Assembly (NCBI GenBank): GCA_021848825.1
Contig: JAJZTQ010000002.1
Location: 5,129-69,128, forward strand
Length of the DNA stretch: 64,000 bases
Direction of reading: 5' to 3'
Source of the DNA: Pseudomonadota bacterium
GTDB lineage: Bacteria > Pseudomonadota > Gammaproteobacteria > Burkholderiales > JABEVD01
In this document: positions 38,634-49,494 of the stretch, one piece after another
How positions within the stretch are numbered: the stretch's first letter is position 1
Layout: each line of letters begins with the position of its first letter
Position numbers and translations under genes: made by a program
The notes under the pieces: model-generated
What the model was told of the DNA's origin: nothing
The model's input: only the letters and a program-made list of their open reading frames with translations
Database searches by the model: none

Positions 38634-40598
38634 TCAGCCCTGAAGCAGCCTGATCTCGGCGGCAGCGAGCCCCGTCGGGTTTCCTCTCAGCACGACGACA
38701 TCGCCTTCCTGGAGGACGGTTTCAGGAGAAGGGGAGAGTCCCCTGATGTTCCTTCTCCTGACCGCGGTGATGTCGACTGAGAATCGCCCGAGATCCATCT
38801 CGGCAAGGGATTTCCCTATCGCAGCCGCCCCTTCGGGGATCATGATGCTTCGGAGCCTGAGCTGCAGTGCCTCGCTCTGCTCCTGGTCGGTGATGCCCCT
38901 GAAATAGCCCCTGAATCCGCTGTAGCGCTCTTCGCGCGTGTCCCTGATGCGCTTCAATACCCTGTTCAAAGGCACGCCGAGAAGCAGCAGCGCATGGGAG
39001 GCGAGCATCATGCTGCCTTCCATGATTTCGGCGACCACTTCGGCAGCGCCCGCCTCCCTCAGCGTGTCCATCTCGGAATCGTCGACGGTCCTGACGACGA
39101 CCGGAAGGTCCGGGCGGAGTTCACGCACATGGCTCAGGATGAGAAGGGCCGAGCGCGCATCGGAATAGGCGACGACGAGCGCCTTCACGGTCAGGAGCCC
39201 CGCCGCGAGCAACACTTCCCTCCTGCTCGCGTCGCCAAAGACCACGTTTTCCCCCGCAGCCGAGGCCTCCCGGACGCGCTGGGGATCATGGTCGAGCGCA
39301 ATGAAGGGGATCGATTCCTGTTCGAGAAAGCGCGCCAGCGTCTGGCCGCTTCGCCCGTAGCCGCAGATGATGATCTGGGTATGGATCGCCATGGTCTGGA
39401 CGGCGATGGTGTGGAGCTGCAGTGCCCGGTGCATCCACTCCCCCGCGGAATAGCGCCTCACCACCTGGTCCGATCGGTCGATCAGGAAAGGGGCTGCGAG
39501 CATGGAAATCAGCATGGCTGCGAGCACGATCTGCAAGACCGACTGGTCGACGAGTTGCAGTCCGGATGCCTGGGCAAGCAGGACGAAGCCGAATTCGCCT
39601 GCCTGGGCGAGATGGAGGCCGGTGCGCAATGCCACGCCCCAGTCCCGGTCGAAAAGATAGCTGAGCCCAGACACGAGGGCGAGCTTGATCGAGAAGAGCG
39701 CAGCGAGAACGAGCAGGATCCATGGAAGTTCGGCCCAGACCAGCCTCAGATCGAGCAGCATACCTATCGTGATGAAGAAGAGGCCGAGCAGGACATCCCT
39801 GAACGGCTTGATGTCGTCCTCGACCTGGTAGCGGTATTCCGTCTCCGAAATCAGCATGCCTGCAAGGAAGGCGCCCAGCGCGAGGGAAAGTCCTGCGGTA
39901 TTGGTGAGAAAGGAAAGGCCGAGCGTGATGAGAAGCATGTTGAGCATGAAGAGCTCGGAGGATTTCTGCCTGGCGACGAGATGGAACCAGGGGCGCATCA
40001 GCTTCTGTCCGACAAAGAGCAGGATGCCGAGGACGAGCGCCGCCTTCAGCAATGCCTTGCCCAACTCCAGCGTAAGGCTGCCTGAGGGATGGGATAGCGC
40101 CGGGATGATGATGAGCAGTGGCACCACGGCGAGATCCTGGAAGAGCAGGATGCCGAATACTTTCCTGCCGTGGGCAGAGTGGAGTTCCTGCCGCTCCGCC
40201 ATCAGCTTGCTGACGATCGCGGTGGAGGACATCGACAATGCGCCGCCGAGCGCAAGACCGATGCGCCAGTCCATGCCGAGAAACAGGCAGAAGGCGAGGG
40301 TGATTAGGATGGCGAGGATGACCTGGGCCGAACCCAGGCCGAAGACGGTGCTCCTCATCGTCAGGAGCTTGGGCAGGCTGAATTCGAGGCCGATGCTGAA
40401 CATCAGGAAAACGATGCCGAATTCCGCAAGATAGCGGGTTTCTTCGGTGTCGGGGATCAGTCCCAGCGCATGCGGGCCCGCCAGAATCCCGACCAGCAGA
40501 TAGGCCAGCATCTGCGGAAGACGAAGGATGCGGAAAATCGCCACGACCAGCACGGAGGACGCGAGCAGGACGATGATCAGAGAAAGGGTGTCGTGCAT
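38634..40598 (-). CDS. CPA2-family monovalent cation:proton antiporter (KefB/YbaL-like) with RCK N and C domains
   Basis: Start trimmed to ATG 40598 (MHDTLSLIIVLL) after AGGAGA. 12-13 TM Na_H exchanger core, TrkA-N IIICGYGRSGQ, C-terminal RCK_C (VVVLRGNPTG). The remaining 5' part of the 1143-aa track ORF is antisense to kdsD/kdsC. Confidence 0.88.
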   Translation of the reverse strand: MHDTLSLIIVLLASSVLVVAIFRILRLPQMLAYLLVGILAGPHALGLIPDTEETRYLAEFGIVFLMFSIGLEFSLPKLLTMRSTVFGLGSAQVILAILITLAFCLFLGMDWRIGLALGGALSMSSTAIVSKLMAERQELHSAHGRKVFGILLFQDLAVVPLLIIIPALSHPSGSLTLELGKALLKAALVLGILLFVGQKLMRPWFHLVARQKSSELFMLNMLLITLGLSFLTNTAGLSLALGAFLAGMLISETEYRYQVEDDIKPFRDVLLGLFFITIGMLLDLRLVWAELPWILLVLAALFSIKLALVSGLSYLFDRDWGVALRTGLHLAQAGEFGFVLLAQASGLQLVDQSVLQIVLAAMLISMLAAPFLIDRSDQVVRRYSAGEWMHRALQLHTIAVQTMAIHTQIIICGYGRSGQTLARFLEQESIPFIALDHDPQRVREASAAGENVVFGDASRREVLLAAGLLTVKALVVAYSDARSALLILSHVRELRPDLPVVVRTVDDSEMDTLREAGAAEVVAEIMEGSMMLASHALLLLGVPLNRVLKRIRDTREERYSGFRGYFRGITDQEQSEALQLRLRSIMIPEGAAAIGKSLAEMDLGRFSVDITAVRRRNIRGLSPSPETVLQEGDVVVLRGNPTGLAAAEIRLLQG

Positions 40599-40646
40599 AA
40601 AATCTCCTATACCGAATGATGGCGGATAGGCTGCAAAAAATACAGG

Positions 40647-40655
40647 TGGTATAAT
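40647..40655 (+). promoter_or_regulatory. extended -10 element TGgTATAAT immediately upstream of kdsD
   Basis: A perfect TATAAT (40650-40655) with an upstream TG, ending 6 nt before the kdsD ATG 40662. Confidence 0.35.
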
Positions 40656-40661
40656 TCCTGC

Positions 40662-41648
40662 ATGATACCTCAAACAGACAGATCTGCTTCCGTGCTCGGG
40701 ATTGCCGCGGAAGTCCTCGAAATAGAATCCAATGCCGTGAAGCGCCTTGTGGAGAGGCTGGATGGCGATTTCGTTCGCGCAGTCGACATGATTCTGGCAT
40801 GCCGCGGACGGGTGGTGGTGAGCGGTATGGGGAAGTCCGGGCATGTCGCGAGGAAGATCGCCTCGACCCTTGCCAGCACGGGAACCCCGGCCTTTTTCGT
40901 GCATCCGGGGGAGGCCAGCCACGGCGACCTGGGTATGATCACGAAGGAGGATGTCTTCGTCGCCCTTTCCAATTCCGGGGAAAGCGCGGAACTGCTCGCC
41001 ATCGTTCCGCTCGTCAAAAGGCAGGGCGCGAAGCTGATTTCGATGACTGGAAATCCTTCCTCTTCGCTCGGCCTGGAATCGGATGTGCATCTCGACACGG
41101 GCGTCGACAAGGAAGCCTGTCCGCTGGGGCTTGCCCCGACTGCCAGCACCACTGCGACGCTGGCCATGGGCGATGCGCTGGCCGTCACGCTGCTTGTCGA
41201 AAGGGGGTTCAGCGCGGAGGATTTCGCATTTTCCCATCCGGGCGGCTCGCTCGGGATCAGGCTGCTCACCCATGTTTCGGACATCATGCGCAGAGATGAA
41301 GCCGTGCCGTTTGTCTCCGAAAATGGATTTTTGATCGACGCCCTTCTCGAGATGTCGAGGAAGGGGATGGGCATGACCGCGATCGTCGACGATGAAAGAA
41401 GGGTGACTGGGATCTATACGGACGGCGATTTGAGAAGGACGCTCGAGGAGGCTGTCGATTTCAGGAAGACCCCTGTTTCGTCGGTGATGACGAGAAATCC
41501 CAAGACGATCGCCCCGAACAGGCTCGCTGCAGAAGCGGTTCAGGTCATGGAACAGTTCAGGATCACCCAGATCCTCGTCGTCGACGAGGAAGAAAGGCTG
41601 ATCGGCGCGCTCAACATGCACGATCTGCTCAGAGCCAAGGTGATCTGA
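40662..41648 (+). CDS. kdsD: arabinose-5-phosphate isomerase
   Basis: SIS domain VVVSGMGKSGHVARKIASTLASTGTPAFFVHPGEASHGDLG plus tandem CBS domains. Confidence 0.94.
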   Translation: MIPQTDRSASVLGIAAEVLEIESNAVKRLVERLDGDFVRAVDMILACRGRVVVSGMGKSGHVARKIASTLASTGTPAFFVHPGEASHGDLGMITKEDVFVALSNSGESAELLAIVPLVKRQGAKLISMTGNPSSSLGLESDVHLDTGVDKEACPLGLAPTASTTATLAMGDALAVTLLVERGFSAEDFAFSHPGGSLGIRLLTHVSDIMRRDEAVPFVSENGFLIDALLEMSRKGMGMTAIVDDERRVTGIYTDGDLRRTLEEAVDFRKTPVSSVMTRNPKTIAPNRLAAEAVQVMEQFRITQILVVDEEERLIGALNMHDLLRAKVI

Positions 41649-42170
41649 TTGGGAGACTTGCTCGAGCGGGCGAAGCGTATTCGCCTCCTGATATTCGATG
41701 TCGACGGCGTGCTGACTGACGGCAGCCTCTACCTTTCCGATTCCGGGGAGGAAATGAAGGCATTCAATACCCAGGACGGTCAGGGCATGAAGATGCTGCA
41801 GGAAAGCGGCGTGAGGCTCGCCATCATCACGGGGAGAAGTTCCCGCTGCGTGGCGCTGCGTGCCGAGAATCTTCGCATCTCGCTGGTATGCCAGGGCGCA
41901 TCCGACAAGCTCGCGGTCTATCGGGAACTGATTTCGTCTTTGGGGCTGGAGCCCGAACAGACAGCCTACATGGGGGATGACGTTGTCGATCTTCCGGTCA
42001 TGAAAAAATGCGGGCTCGCGCTTGCCGTGCCCGATTCCCCCGAAGTCGTCAGGCAGCATGCGCATTACGTGACGAGGCGGCAGGGCGGGCGGGGCGCGGC
42101 AAGAGAGGCTTGCGAATTCTTGATGAGGATGCAGGGAACGTACGACGAACAGATTGCAAGGTACCTTTGA
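41649..42170 (+). CDS. kdsC: KDO 8-phosphate phosphatase
   Basis: HAD motif IFDVDGVLTDG, GDDVVDLPVM. TTG start directly after the kdsD stop. Confidence 0.9.
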   Translation: MGDLLERAKRIRLLIFDVDGVLTDGSLYLSDSGEEMKAFNTQDGQGMKMLQESGVRLAIITGRSSRCVALRAENLRISLVCQGASDKLAVYRELISSLGLEPEQTAYMGDDVVDLPVMKKCGLALAVPDSPEVVRQHAHYVTRRQGGRGAAREACEFLMRMQGTYDEQIARYL

Positions 42171-42733
42171 TGCCTGAAGGCGTGAGAAAATGGTTTCCTT
42201 TGCTTTTTCTTCTGCTCCTTGCGCTGCTTTCGTACTGGCTGGAAAACAAGGTCAAATTGTCGGCGATTTCCGAGATGGAAAACGCCGGAAACAGCCCCGA
42301 CGTCATCGTGCAGAATCTGGAAATGACGAAGTTCGGCGTGGAAGGCGAACCGAGGGAATCGCTTGATGCGAAGGAATTGCTGCATTACCCTGACAACAGC
42401 ACGAAGCTCACGACGCCCAGGCTGCTGCTCGTTTCACCCGGGCAGGCCGACGTCCATGTCAGCTCGGACTGGGCGATGCTTTCGGAAAACGGCAAGGACA
42501 TCTATCTGCACCAGAACGTGCTGGTGAGAAGGGATGCCTATGCAGGGCGCAGCAGTATGGACCTGACGACCGAGATGCTTCATCTCAATCCGGACGAGCA
42601 TGTTGGCGACACGAACATGCCGGTCAGGCTGAAGGATGCGAAAATGGATGTTCATGCAGTGGGCATGACTTTCAACGACCAAACGAGAGTGGTGAACCTG
42701 CTTTCCCACGTACATGCTGATTATGAAAAATAA
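42170..42733 (+). CDS. lptC: LPS export protein LptC
   Basis: Start trimmed to ATG 42170 (shares 1 nt with the kdsC stop). N-terminal TM WFPLLFLLLLALLSYW. Position between kdsC and lptA. Confidence 0.85.
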   Translation: MPEGVRKWFPLLFLLLLALLSYWLENKVKLSAISEMENAGNSPDVIVQNLEMTKFGVEGEPRESLDAKELLHYPDNSTKLTTPRLLLVSPGQADVHVSSDWAMLSENGKDIYLHQNVLVRRDAYAGRSSMDLTTEMLHLNPDEHVGDTNMPVRLKDAKMDVHAVGMTFNDQTRVVNLLSHVHADYEK

Positions 42734-43277
42734 ATGGCTGCTTGCATGCTTCCTGCTTTTCTCCCTTTCAGCCCATGCGGAAAAGGCGGACAGGGATCAG
42801 CCCATCCATATCGACGCGGACAGGATAGAGGTCGACGATGCGAAGAAGGTCAGCACCTTTCTGGGCAATGTAATCCTGACTCAGGGCACCTTGACGATCA
42901 CGGCGGATCGCGTGGTCGTGACCCAGGACAGTGCCGGAAACAGGCATGCGACAGCCTATTCGGAGACGCATCCGGTCCGTTTCAAACAAAAGCGCGAGGG
43001 CTACGACGAATATGTGGAAGGCCAGGGGGATAGGGCGGAATATGACAGCAAAACGGATATCGTCGAGCTTTTCGGCAATGCCTATGTCAAGCGCGGCCAG
43101 GATGTCGTGAGGGGGAATTACATTTCCTACAATTCCAACACCGAATTCTTCCAGAGTTCAGGCGGTTCGAAGACGCCCGAGGGCAGGGTTCATGCCGTGA
43201 TCCAGCCGAAGAAGAAGGAAGCGCCGAAAGCGCCTCCCCTGACGATCAAGCCGTCGCAGACACTGGATGCCAAATGA
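42723..43277 (+). CDS. lptA: LPS transport periplasmic protein LptA
   Basis: Signal peptide [19 protein letters not shown]. OstA-like motifs [23 protein letters not shown]. Confidence 0.9.
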   Translation: MKNKWLLACFLLFSLSAHAEKADRDQPIHIDADRIEVDDAKKVSTFLGNVILTQGTLTITADRVVVTQDSAGNRHATAYSETHPVRFKQKREGYDEYVEGQGDRAEYDSKTDIVELFGNAYVKRGQDVVRGNYISYNSNTEFFQSSGGSKTPEGRVHAVIQPKKKEAPKAPPLTIKPSQTLDAK

Positions 43278-43996
43278 GCGTACTGAGAGCGGAAAACCTG
43301 AGAAAGCGCTACAAGTCGAGGACCGTGCTTCAGGATGTTTCGCTCGAAGTGAACAGCGGCGAAGTCGTGGGGCTTCTGGGCCCCAATGGCGCGGGCAAGA
43401 CCACCTGCTTCTACATGATGGTGGGCCTGGTCGCCCTGGACGGCGGCGAAATTCATCTCGACGGCGAGAATCTGAGCAGGATGCCCATCCATCTGAGGGC
43501 GAGGCTCGGGCTTTCCTATCTCCCGCAGGAAGCGTCCATTTTCAGGAAGCTCAATGTCGAACAGAACATCCAGGCCGTGCTCGAACTGCAGCGGCATCCG
43601 AGGGAGGAGATCCCTGTCCTGCTCGAGAATCTGCTGGAGGACCTGAATATCGCCCATCTCAGGCACAGCCCTGCGGTCAGCCTTTCGGGCGGCGAGAGAA
43701 GAAGGGTTGAGATCGCGCGCGCCCTTGCCACGAAGCCCCGCTTCATCCTGCTAGACGAGCCTTTTGCGGGGGTTGATCCGATCGCGGTGCTCGACATCCA
43801 GAAGATCATCCATTTCCTGAAGGAAAAGGGGATAGGCATCCTGATCACGGACCACAACGTCAGGGAAATGCTCGGCATCTGCGACAGGGCCTACATCATC
43901 AACGAAGGCATCGTGCTCGCCTACGGAAAACCGGATGAAATCATTTATAATGAAAACGTCAGGAGAGTCTATCTTGGCGAGCATTTCCGCATGTGA
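43274..43996 (+). CDS. lptB: LPS export ABC ATPase LptB
   Basis: [39 protein letters not shown]. Confidence 0.95.
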   Translation: MSVLRAENLRKRYKSRTVLQDVSLEVNSGEVVGLLGPNGAGKTTCFYMMVGLVALDGGEIHLDGENLSRMPIHLRARLGLSYLPQEASIFRKLNVEQNIQAVLELQRHPREEIPVLLENLLEDLNIAHLRHSPAVSLSGGERRRVEIARALATKPRFILLDEPFAGVDPIAVLDIQKIIHFLKEKGIGILITDHNVREMLGICDRAYIINEGIVLAYGKPDEIIYNENVRRVYLGEHFRM

Positions 43997-44015
43997 CGGA
44001 AAGAAAATCTGATTG

Positions 44016-45410
44016 ATGAAACCGACGCTACAGCTCAAGTTATCACAGCAGCTGACCCTGACGCCGCAGCTGCAGCAGGCGATCAAGCTTCTGCAGCTCT
44101 CCACGCTCGAAATGAATCAGGAGGTGGAGCGTTTTCTGCTGGAAAATCCGCTTCTCGAGCGTGAGGAAGCGGAGGAGTCGGGGGGGACATTCCAGGCGGC
44201 CGAGCCCGTTGCCGAGAAGATCGAGGCCCCCGCCCAGCAGGAGACGGACTGGTTCGACAACGATGTCCCTTCCTATTCTTCCGATTCTTCTTCCGACGAC
44301 GATGTCCAGGATTTTCATCCTGCGCAGAGCACCAGCCTGAGGGAACACCTCATCTGGCAGCTCGGCCTGACCCAGCTCACCGAAAGGGACAAGAAGATCG
44401 TCACATTGCTGATCGACGCCCTCGACGACAACGGCTATCTGACGCAGGAGATCGAAGAACTGGCCGAAATGCTGCCCTCAGAGCTTGAAATCGATCTCGA
44501 GGAGCTGACCATTGCGCTGCAGCACCTGCAGCACATGGATCCTGCCGGCATAGGCGCAAGGAATCTTTCGGAATGCCTGGCATTGCAGCTGAAGGCGATG
44601 CCGGAAGACACGCCTTTCAGAAAGGAGGCGCTGGCTGTCGTGAACCAGCACCTGTCCAGCCTTGCCGCCCACGATTTCGCCAAGCTGAAAAGGACGCTGA
44701 ACTGCACGGACGAGGGATTGCGCATGGTGACGCAGCTCATCAGGCAGCTCAATCCGAAACCGGGGGCGGATTATTCCAGCGCGGTGGCGCGTTACATCAT
44801 TCCGGATGTGGTCGTCGAAAAGGTCAAGGGTTACTGGGCTGTCGCGCTGAATCCGGAGGCGATGCCCAGATTGCGCGTCAACAAGCTCTATGCCGACATC
44901 CTGAGCCGTGGGCAGGAGTCGAGCCAGCAGCAGATCGGCCAGCAGCTCCAGGAAGCGAAATGGCTGATCAAGAACGTTCAGCAGCGCTTCGAGACCATAC
45001 TCAAGGTATCTCAGGCGATCGTCGCCAAGCAGCACAATTTCCTGGAGCACGGCGAAGTGGCGATGAGACCGCTCGTCCTCAGGGAAATCGCAGACGAGAC
45101 AGGGCTGCATGAATCCACCGTCTCCCGCGTCACGACGCAGAAATTCATGTTCACCCCGCGCGGGATTTTCGAACTGAAATACTTCTTCGGCAGCCATGTT
45201 TCGACGGAAGCGGGCGGCGCCTGTTCCTCGACTGCGATCAGGGCGCTGATAAAACAGCTGGTCGGTGCGGAGGATGCCAGGAATCCGCTGAGCGACAGCC
45301 AGATTTCTGAAATACTGGGGAAGCAGGGTATTGTGGTTGCCCGCAGAACCATAGCAAAATACCGGGAGTCCCTGAAAATACCCCCCGTGAATCTTCGTAA
45401 GGCGTTATAA
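44016..45410 (+). CDS. rpoN: RNA polymerase sigma-54 factor
   Basis: MKPTLQLKLSQQLTLTPQLQQAIKLLQLS region I, C-terminal RpoN box ARRTIAKYRE. Confidence 0.96.
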   Translation: MKPTLQLKLSQQLTLTPQLQQAIKLLQLSTLEMNQEVERFLLENPLLEREEAEESGGTFQAAEPVAEKIEAPAQQETDWFDNDVPSYSSDSSSDDDVQDFHPAQSTSLREHLIWQLGLTQLTERDKKIVTLLIDALDDNGYLTQEIEELAEMLPSELEIDLEELTIALQHLQHMDPAGIGARNLSECLALQLKAMPEDTPFRKEALAVVNQHLSSLAAHDFAKLKRTLNCTDEGLRMVTQLIRQLNPKPGADYSSAVARYIIPDVVVEKVKGYWAVALNPEAMPRLRVNKLYADILSRGQESSQQQIGQQLQEAKWLIKNVQQRFETILKVSQAIVAKQHNFLEHGEVAMRPLVLREIADETGLHESTVSRVTTQKFMFTPRGIFELKYFFGSHVSTEAGGACSSTAIRALIKQLVGAEDARNPLSDSQISEILGKQGIVVARRTIAKYRESLKIPPVNLRKAL

Positions 45411-45428
45411 ACAAAAAGGAGTTCTTCG

Positions 45429-45755
45429 ATGAATATCAATGTCAGCGGTCACCATGTCGAAATCACGCCCGCAATCCGTGATTATGTGAAAGCCAAGCTG
45501 GGGCGCGTTGCCAATCATTTCGATCACGTGATCGACATCAATGCCATCCTTTCGGTCGAAAAGCTCAAGCAGAAGATAGAGGCGACGGTTCACATGCCCG
45601 GGCGGGATTTCTTCGCCGAATGCAGCGACGCGAACATGTATGCCGCGATCGACAACCTTGCCGACAAGCTCGACCGCCAGATCATGAAGCACAAGGAAAA
45701 GGCGATCGAGCGCCGCCTGGACGGCGAAGACCTGAAAATCCAGACCGCCGAATAA
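45429..45755 (+). CDS. hpf: ribosome hibernation promoting factor (short form)
   Basis: MNINVSGHHVEITPAIRDYV, 108 aa, directly after rpoN. Confidence 0.92.
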   Translation: MNINVSGHHVEITPAIRDYVKAKLGRVANHFDHVIDINAILSVEKLKQKIEATVHMPGRDFFAECSDANMYAAIDNLADKLDRQIMKHKEKAIERRLDGEDLKIQTAE

Positions 45756-45759
45756 GCTG

Positions 45760-46227
45760 ATGAATCTGATTGCCAGGCTGCTCTCTCCCGAATATGTCCT
45801 GATGGATCTGGAAGCCGGGAGCAAGAAGCGGGTTTTCGAACAGGTCGGGCTATTGTTCGAGAACGGTCTTGGCATTGCAAGAAGCGAGGTTTTCGACAGC
45901 CTTTTCGGCAGGGAAAGGCTGGGTTCAACCGGACTCGGGCAGGGGGTGGCGATCCCGCATGGCAGGATAAAGGGGCTGAGGGAGGCGGCTGGGGCTTTCG
46001 TCAAGCTGTCCACCCCGATTCCCTTCGATGCCCCCGACTCGAAGCCCGTCTGCCTGATATTCGTGCTGCTCGTTCCCGAGCGTGCAACCGACCTGCATCT
46101 GCAGATCCTCGGGGAGCTCGCGCAGATGTTCAGCGACAAGCATTTCAGGGAAAGCCTGATGAATGCATCGAGACCCGCCGAAGTCGTCGGCCTGATCGCC
46201 GAATGGAAACCCCATGCCGCAGATTAG
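45760..46227 (+). CDS. ptsN: nitrogen-PTS enzyme IIA (EIIA-Ntr)
   Basis: GLGQGVAIPHGR active-site His region, 155 aa. Confidence 0.9.
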   Translation: MNLIARLLSPEYVLMDLEAGSKKRVFEQVGLLFENGLGIARSEVFDSLFGRERLGSTGLGQGVAIPHGRIKGLREAAGAFVKLSTPIPFDAPDSKPVCLIFVLLVPERATDLHLQILGELAQMFSDKHFRESLMNASRPAEVVGLIAEWKPHAAD

Positions 46228-47146
46228 CATCGATGACCTGTTCCAGGAACAGAAGGAAAAGCTGGAGCTCGAATGGGTTTCCGGGGGGAACGAGCGGATT
46301 CTGGACGGGAGCAGAATCGAGAATTCGCCCCAGGGGTTGATCGGACACCTGAACTTCATCCATCCGAACTGGGTTCAGGTCGTGAGCCGGGTGGAGAACG
46401 AGTATCTGAACGCATTCGACGGCGACATGCAGAGGAAGATGCTCGAGCCTGTCTTTCGGGGCGACATCGCCTGCATGATCGTCGCGGAGAACGAGTCTGT
46501 CTCTTCGGTTCTTTCAGAGATGGCGAATGTTTTCGGCGTTCCGCTGCTTCGTTCTCCCCAGCAGAGCGTCCATCTGATGTGGCAGCTTCGCCATCAGCTG
46601 ACGAGGCGCCTGGCGAAATCGACTTCGTTGCACGGCGTTTTCCTCGATGTGCTCGGGCTCGGCGTGCTGATCACGGGCGGGAGCGGGGTAGGGAAGAGCG
46701 AACTCGCGCTTGAACTCATCAGCAGGGGAAGCGGGCTTATCGCGGACGATTCCGTTGAATTCTACAGGATTGCCCCCGAGACGCTCGAAGGCAGGTGCCC
46801 GCCGATGCTGCTCGATTTCCTGGAAGTGAGGGGAATCGGGCTGCTCAACATCAGGACGATCTTCGGAGAAAATGCGATGAGGCCGAGGAAGAATCTGAAG
46901 CTGATCGTCAATCTGAAGCGATCCTCCGAATCCGACCTGTCCGAGATCGATCGTCTTCCGCTCGATCGGAGAAAGCGTGAAATCCTCGGCGTCGAAATCA
47001 GCGAGGTGACGCTTCCCGTTGCGGTGGGACGAAACCTCGCGGTTCTGGTCGAAGTCGCAGTGCGCAACCATATCCTGCTGCTTCGCGGCAAAGACAGCAC
47101 AAGGGAATTCATAGACAGGCAGAGACTGCACATGGAAGGCGCCTGA
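46214..47146 (+). CDS. hprK: HPr kinase/phosphorylase
   Basis: [35 protein letters not shown]-loop, LEVRGIG. Confidence 0.92.
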   Translation: MPQISIDDLFQEQKEKLELEWVSGGNERILDGSRIENSPQGLIGHLNFIHPNWVQVVSRVENEYLNAFDGDMQRKMLEPVFRGDIACMIVAENESVSSVLSEMANVFGVPLLRSPQQSVHLMWQLRHQLTRRLAKSTSLHGVFLDVLGLGVLITGGSGVGKSELALELISRGSGLIADDSVEFYRIAPETLEGRCPPMLLDFLEVRGIGLLNIRTIFGENAMRPRKNLKLIVNLKRSSESDLSEIDRLPLDRRKREILGVEISEVTLPVAVGRNLAVLVEVAVRNHILLLRGKDSTREFIDRQRLHMEGA

Positions 47147-47147
47147 G

Positions 47148-47981
47148 ATGCAGATCATATTGATCAGCGGCCTTTCAGGTTCGGGAAAAAGCATCGCCCT
47201 CAATGTGCTGGAGGATGCGGGTTATTATTGCGTCGACAATCTACCTGTCAGGTTGCTCACCGATCTGACGAGGATTTTGCTCCAGTCGGGTACGGAGCGC
47301 ATCGCGGTGAGCGTCGATGTCAGGAGCATCGGCTCGCTTTCCCAGTTGCCCCAGCATATCCAGGCATTGAGAGTGAGGGGAATGGACGTTCGCCTGCTTT
47401 TCCTCGAAGCCAAGACGGACACGCTCGTCAAGCGTTTTTCCGAGACAAGGAGGAAGCACCCCTTGTCCGACGACAGGCTGACCCTGCCTGAATGCATAGA
47501 AAGCGAAAGAGAAATGCTCGCCGATATCAGGGAGCTCGCCCACAAGATCGACACTTCGGATTTGAGTCCGAGCGTGCTGAGAAGATGGATAGAGGAATTC
47601 ATCCATATCGACAGGTCCAAACTCACGCTTCTTTTCCAGTCTTTCGGCTTCAAGCATGGATTGCCGCTCGATTCCGACATGGTTTTCGACGTTCGCTGCC
47701 TGCCCAATCCATTCTACGATCTGAGGCTCAGGCCGCAGACGGGCAAGGACAGGGAAGTGGTCGAATTCCTGGAGAGCGAGGAAAGCGTCGGGCGCATGTA
47801 CCAGGACATCCAGAACTTCATCGAAACCTGGATCCCGAGCTTCATCAGGGACAACAGGAGCTATCTCTCGGTTTCGATAGGCTGCACGGGCGGGCAGCAC
47901 CGTTCGGTTTACGTGGTGGAAAAGCTTGCAGCCCATTTCGCTTCCCTTCAGGTACTGGTCAGGCACAGGGAACTGAAGTGA
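47148..47981 (+). CDS. rapZ: RNase adapter protein RapZ
   Basis: [24 protein letters not shown]-terminal [10 protein letters not shown]. Confidence 0.93.
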   Translation: MQIILISGLSGSGKSIALNVLEDAGYYCVDNLPVRLLTDLTRILLQSGTERIAVSVDVRSIGSLSQLPQHIQALRVRGMDVRLLFLEAKTDTLVKRFSETRRKHPLSDDRLTLPECIESEREMLADIRELAHKIDTSDLSPSVLRRWIEEFIHIDRSKLTLLFQSFGFKHGLPLDSDMVFDVRCLPNPFYDLRLRPQTGKDREVVEFLESEESVGRMYQDIQNFIETWIPSFIRDNRSYLSVSIGCTGGQHRSVYVVEKLAAHFASLQVLVRHRELK

Positions 47982-48346
47982 TTCGATCAATCAAGCCGGG
48001 CGACTGGCTCGTGATCCTCGCATCCGTTTTTTTCGTGGGGTTTCTTTTCGGCAGGATCTGGCATGCGGACAAGGCGCAGAAGGTGCTGATCAGGAAGGGC
48101 GGGGAAGTGTTCGAGGAAGTGAGCCTCGATCGGAACAGGAAGGTCGCTGTACCGGGTCCCCTCGGCGTGAGCCTCGTGGTCATCTCGAACGGGAAGGCGA
48201 GAGTGGAGAAGGATCCCGGGCCGCATCAGTATTGCGTGAGGCAGGGCTGGCTCGAGAATGCGGGAGATGCCGCGATCTGCCTGCCGAACCAGGTGAGCGT
48301 CGAGCTTTTGGGAGGAAGGAAGCGCTATGATTCGCTCAACTATTGA
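47978..48346 (+). CDS. NusG domain II-containing protein (DUF1312)
   Basis: GTG 47978 in a GTGA overlap with the rapZ stop. N-terminal [30 protein letters not shown] matches the NusG_II motif. Confidence 0.7.
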   Translation: MIRSIKPGDWLVILASVFFVGFLFGRIWHADKAQKVLIRKGGEVFEEVSLDRNRKVAVPGPLGVSLVVISNGKARVEKDPGPHQYCVRQGWLENAGDAAICLPNQVSVELLGGRKRYDSLNY

Positions 48347-48872
48347 AATTTCTTCGACCAGCGAAGACCATCATGTCGCAAGGTGTGCGGCCGCGGCGAT
48401 CGGACTTTCCCTGGTGGATGCGGCGATCCCCACGCCGATTCCCGGCATCAAGCCGGGTTTTGCCAACATCGTGATATTGATCGTGCTCGAAAGATACGGC
48501 TTCAGGACTGCGGCATGGGTCTCGCTTCTCCGCGTCTTCGCAGCGAGCCTTCTTTTCGGTTCCTTCCTTTCCCCAGGCTTCTTCCTCGCGCTCTGCGGCG
48601 CGCTCTCCAGCCTCTTTTCGCTTTTCCTTTCAGGCATCTTGCCCAAGCGTTTCTTCGGCCAGGTGAGCAGAAGCGTCATCGCGGCCTTCGCCCACATATC
48701 GGGTCAGATGGCATTGGCCTATTTCTGGCTGATCCCTCATGCAGGGCTTTTTTCGCTTGCCCCCTTCTTCGCTCTGGCTGCGCTCGTTTTCGGCATCGTC
48801 AACGGGCTCGCCGCTTCGTACTTTTCGGAAAGCGAAAAAGTTGAGGGACTTCATCAAGTTCCAATACAATGA
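48327..48872 (+). CDS. Gx transporter family membrane protein (heptaprenyl diphosphate synthase component I-like)
   Basis: LVDAAIPTPIPGIKPGFANIVILIVL motif and polytopic profile. A usual partner of the NusG_II protein. Confidence 0.7.
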   Translation: MIRSTIEISSTSEDHHVARCAAAAIGLSLVDAAIPTPIPGIKPGFANIVILIVLERYGFRTAAWVSLLRVFAASLLFGSFLSPGFFLALCGALSSLFSLFLSGILPKRFFGQVSRSVIAAFAHISGQMALAYFWLIPHAGLFSLAPFFALAALVFGIVNGLAASYFSESEKVEGLHQVPIQ

Positions 48873-48876
48873 AGAA

Positions 48877-49494
48877 ATGAAATCAGAAAAGACCATCGCG
48901 CTTGCGCTGACCGGCGCATCAGGCATGCCCTATTCTCTCAGGCTGATGGAAAAGATTCTGGAAAGCGGATCCAGGCTCTATCTCATCTATTCGGCCGTTG
49001 CCCAGATCGTCATCAAGCAGGAGATGGGGCTGTCATTGCCTTCCCGGGCAAGCGACGCCGAAGCGTACTTCATCGAAAGGTTCAAGCCTGGAAAGGGCAA
49101 GCTCAGGGTGTTCGGGCGCGAGGAATGGTTCTCTCCAGTGACTTCAGGCTCCAATCCTCCGGATGCCATGGTGGTCTGTCCCTGCACCATGGGGAGCCTC
49201 GCGGCGTTCGCTGCCGGCATGAGCCAGAATGTCATCGAGCGCGCGGTGGACGTCGTGCTGAAGGAGAGGAAGAAGCTCATCATCGTGCCGAGGGAAACGC
49301 CGTTTTCGACCATCCATCTCGAGAACATGCTGAAGCTCTCTAAAGCAGGTGCAGTCATCCTTCCGGCAAATCCAGGTTTCTATCACCATCCCGAAACGGT
49401 GGCGGATCTCGTCGACTATATCGTCGCCCGGATACTGGATCATCTGGACATTCCGCAGGACATTTCCCCCAGATGGGGAGAAGGAGAAGAATGA
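48877..49494 (+). CDS. ubiX: flavin prenyltransferase UbiX
   Basis: Start trimmed to ATG 48877. [35 protein letters not shown]. Confidence 0.92.
   Translation: MKSEKTIALALTGASGMPYSLRLMEKILESGSRLYLIYSAVAQIVIKQEMGLSLPSRASDAEAYFIERFKPGKGKLRVFGREEWFSPVTSGSNPPDAMVVCPCTMGSLAAFAAGMSQNVIERAVDVVLKERKKLIIVPRETPFSTIHLENMLKLSKAGAVILPANPGFYHHPETVADLVDYIVARILDHLDIPQDISPRWGEGEE

Noticed and set aside
40599-42065. N-terminal 489 aa of the 1143-aa minus-strand ORF 38634-42065.
   Set aside because: This part is antisense to kdsD and kdsC and has nonsense-like composition. The antiporter sequence begins cleanly at ATG 40598 (MHDTLSLIIVLL) with an AGGAGA ribosome site.
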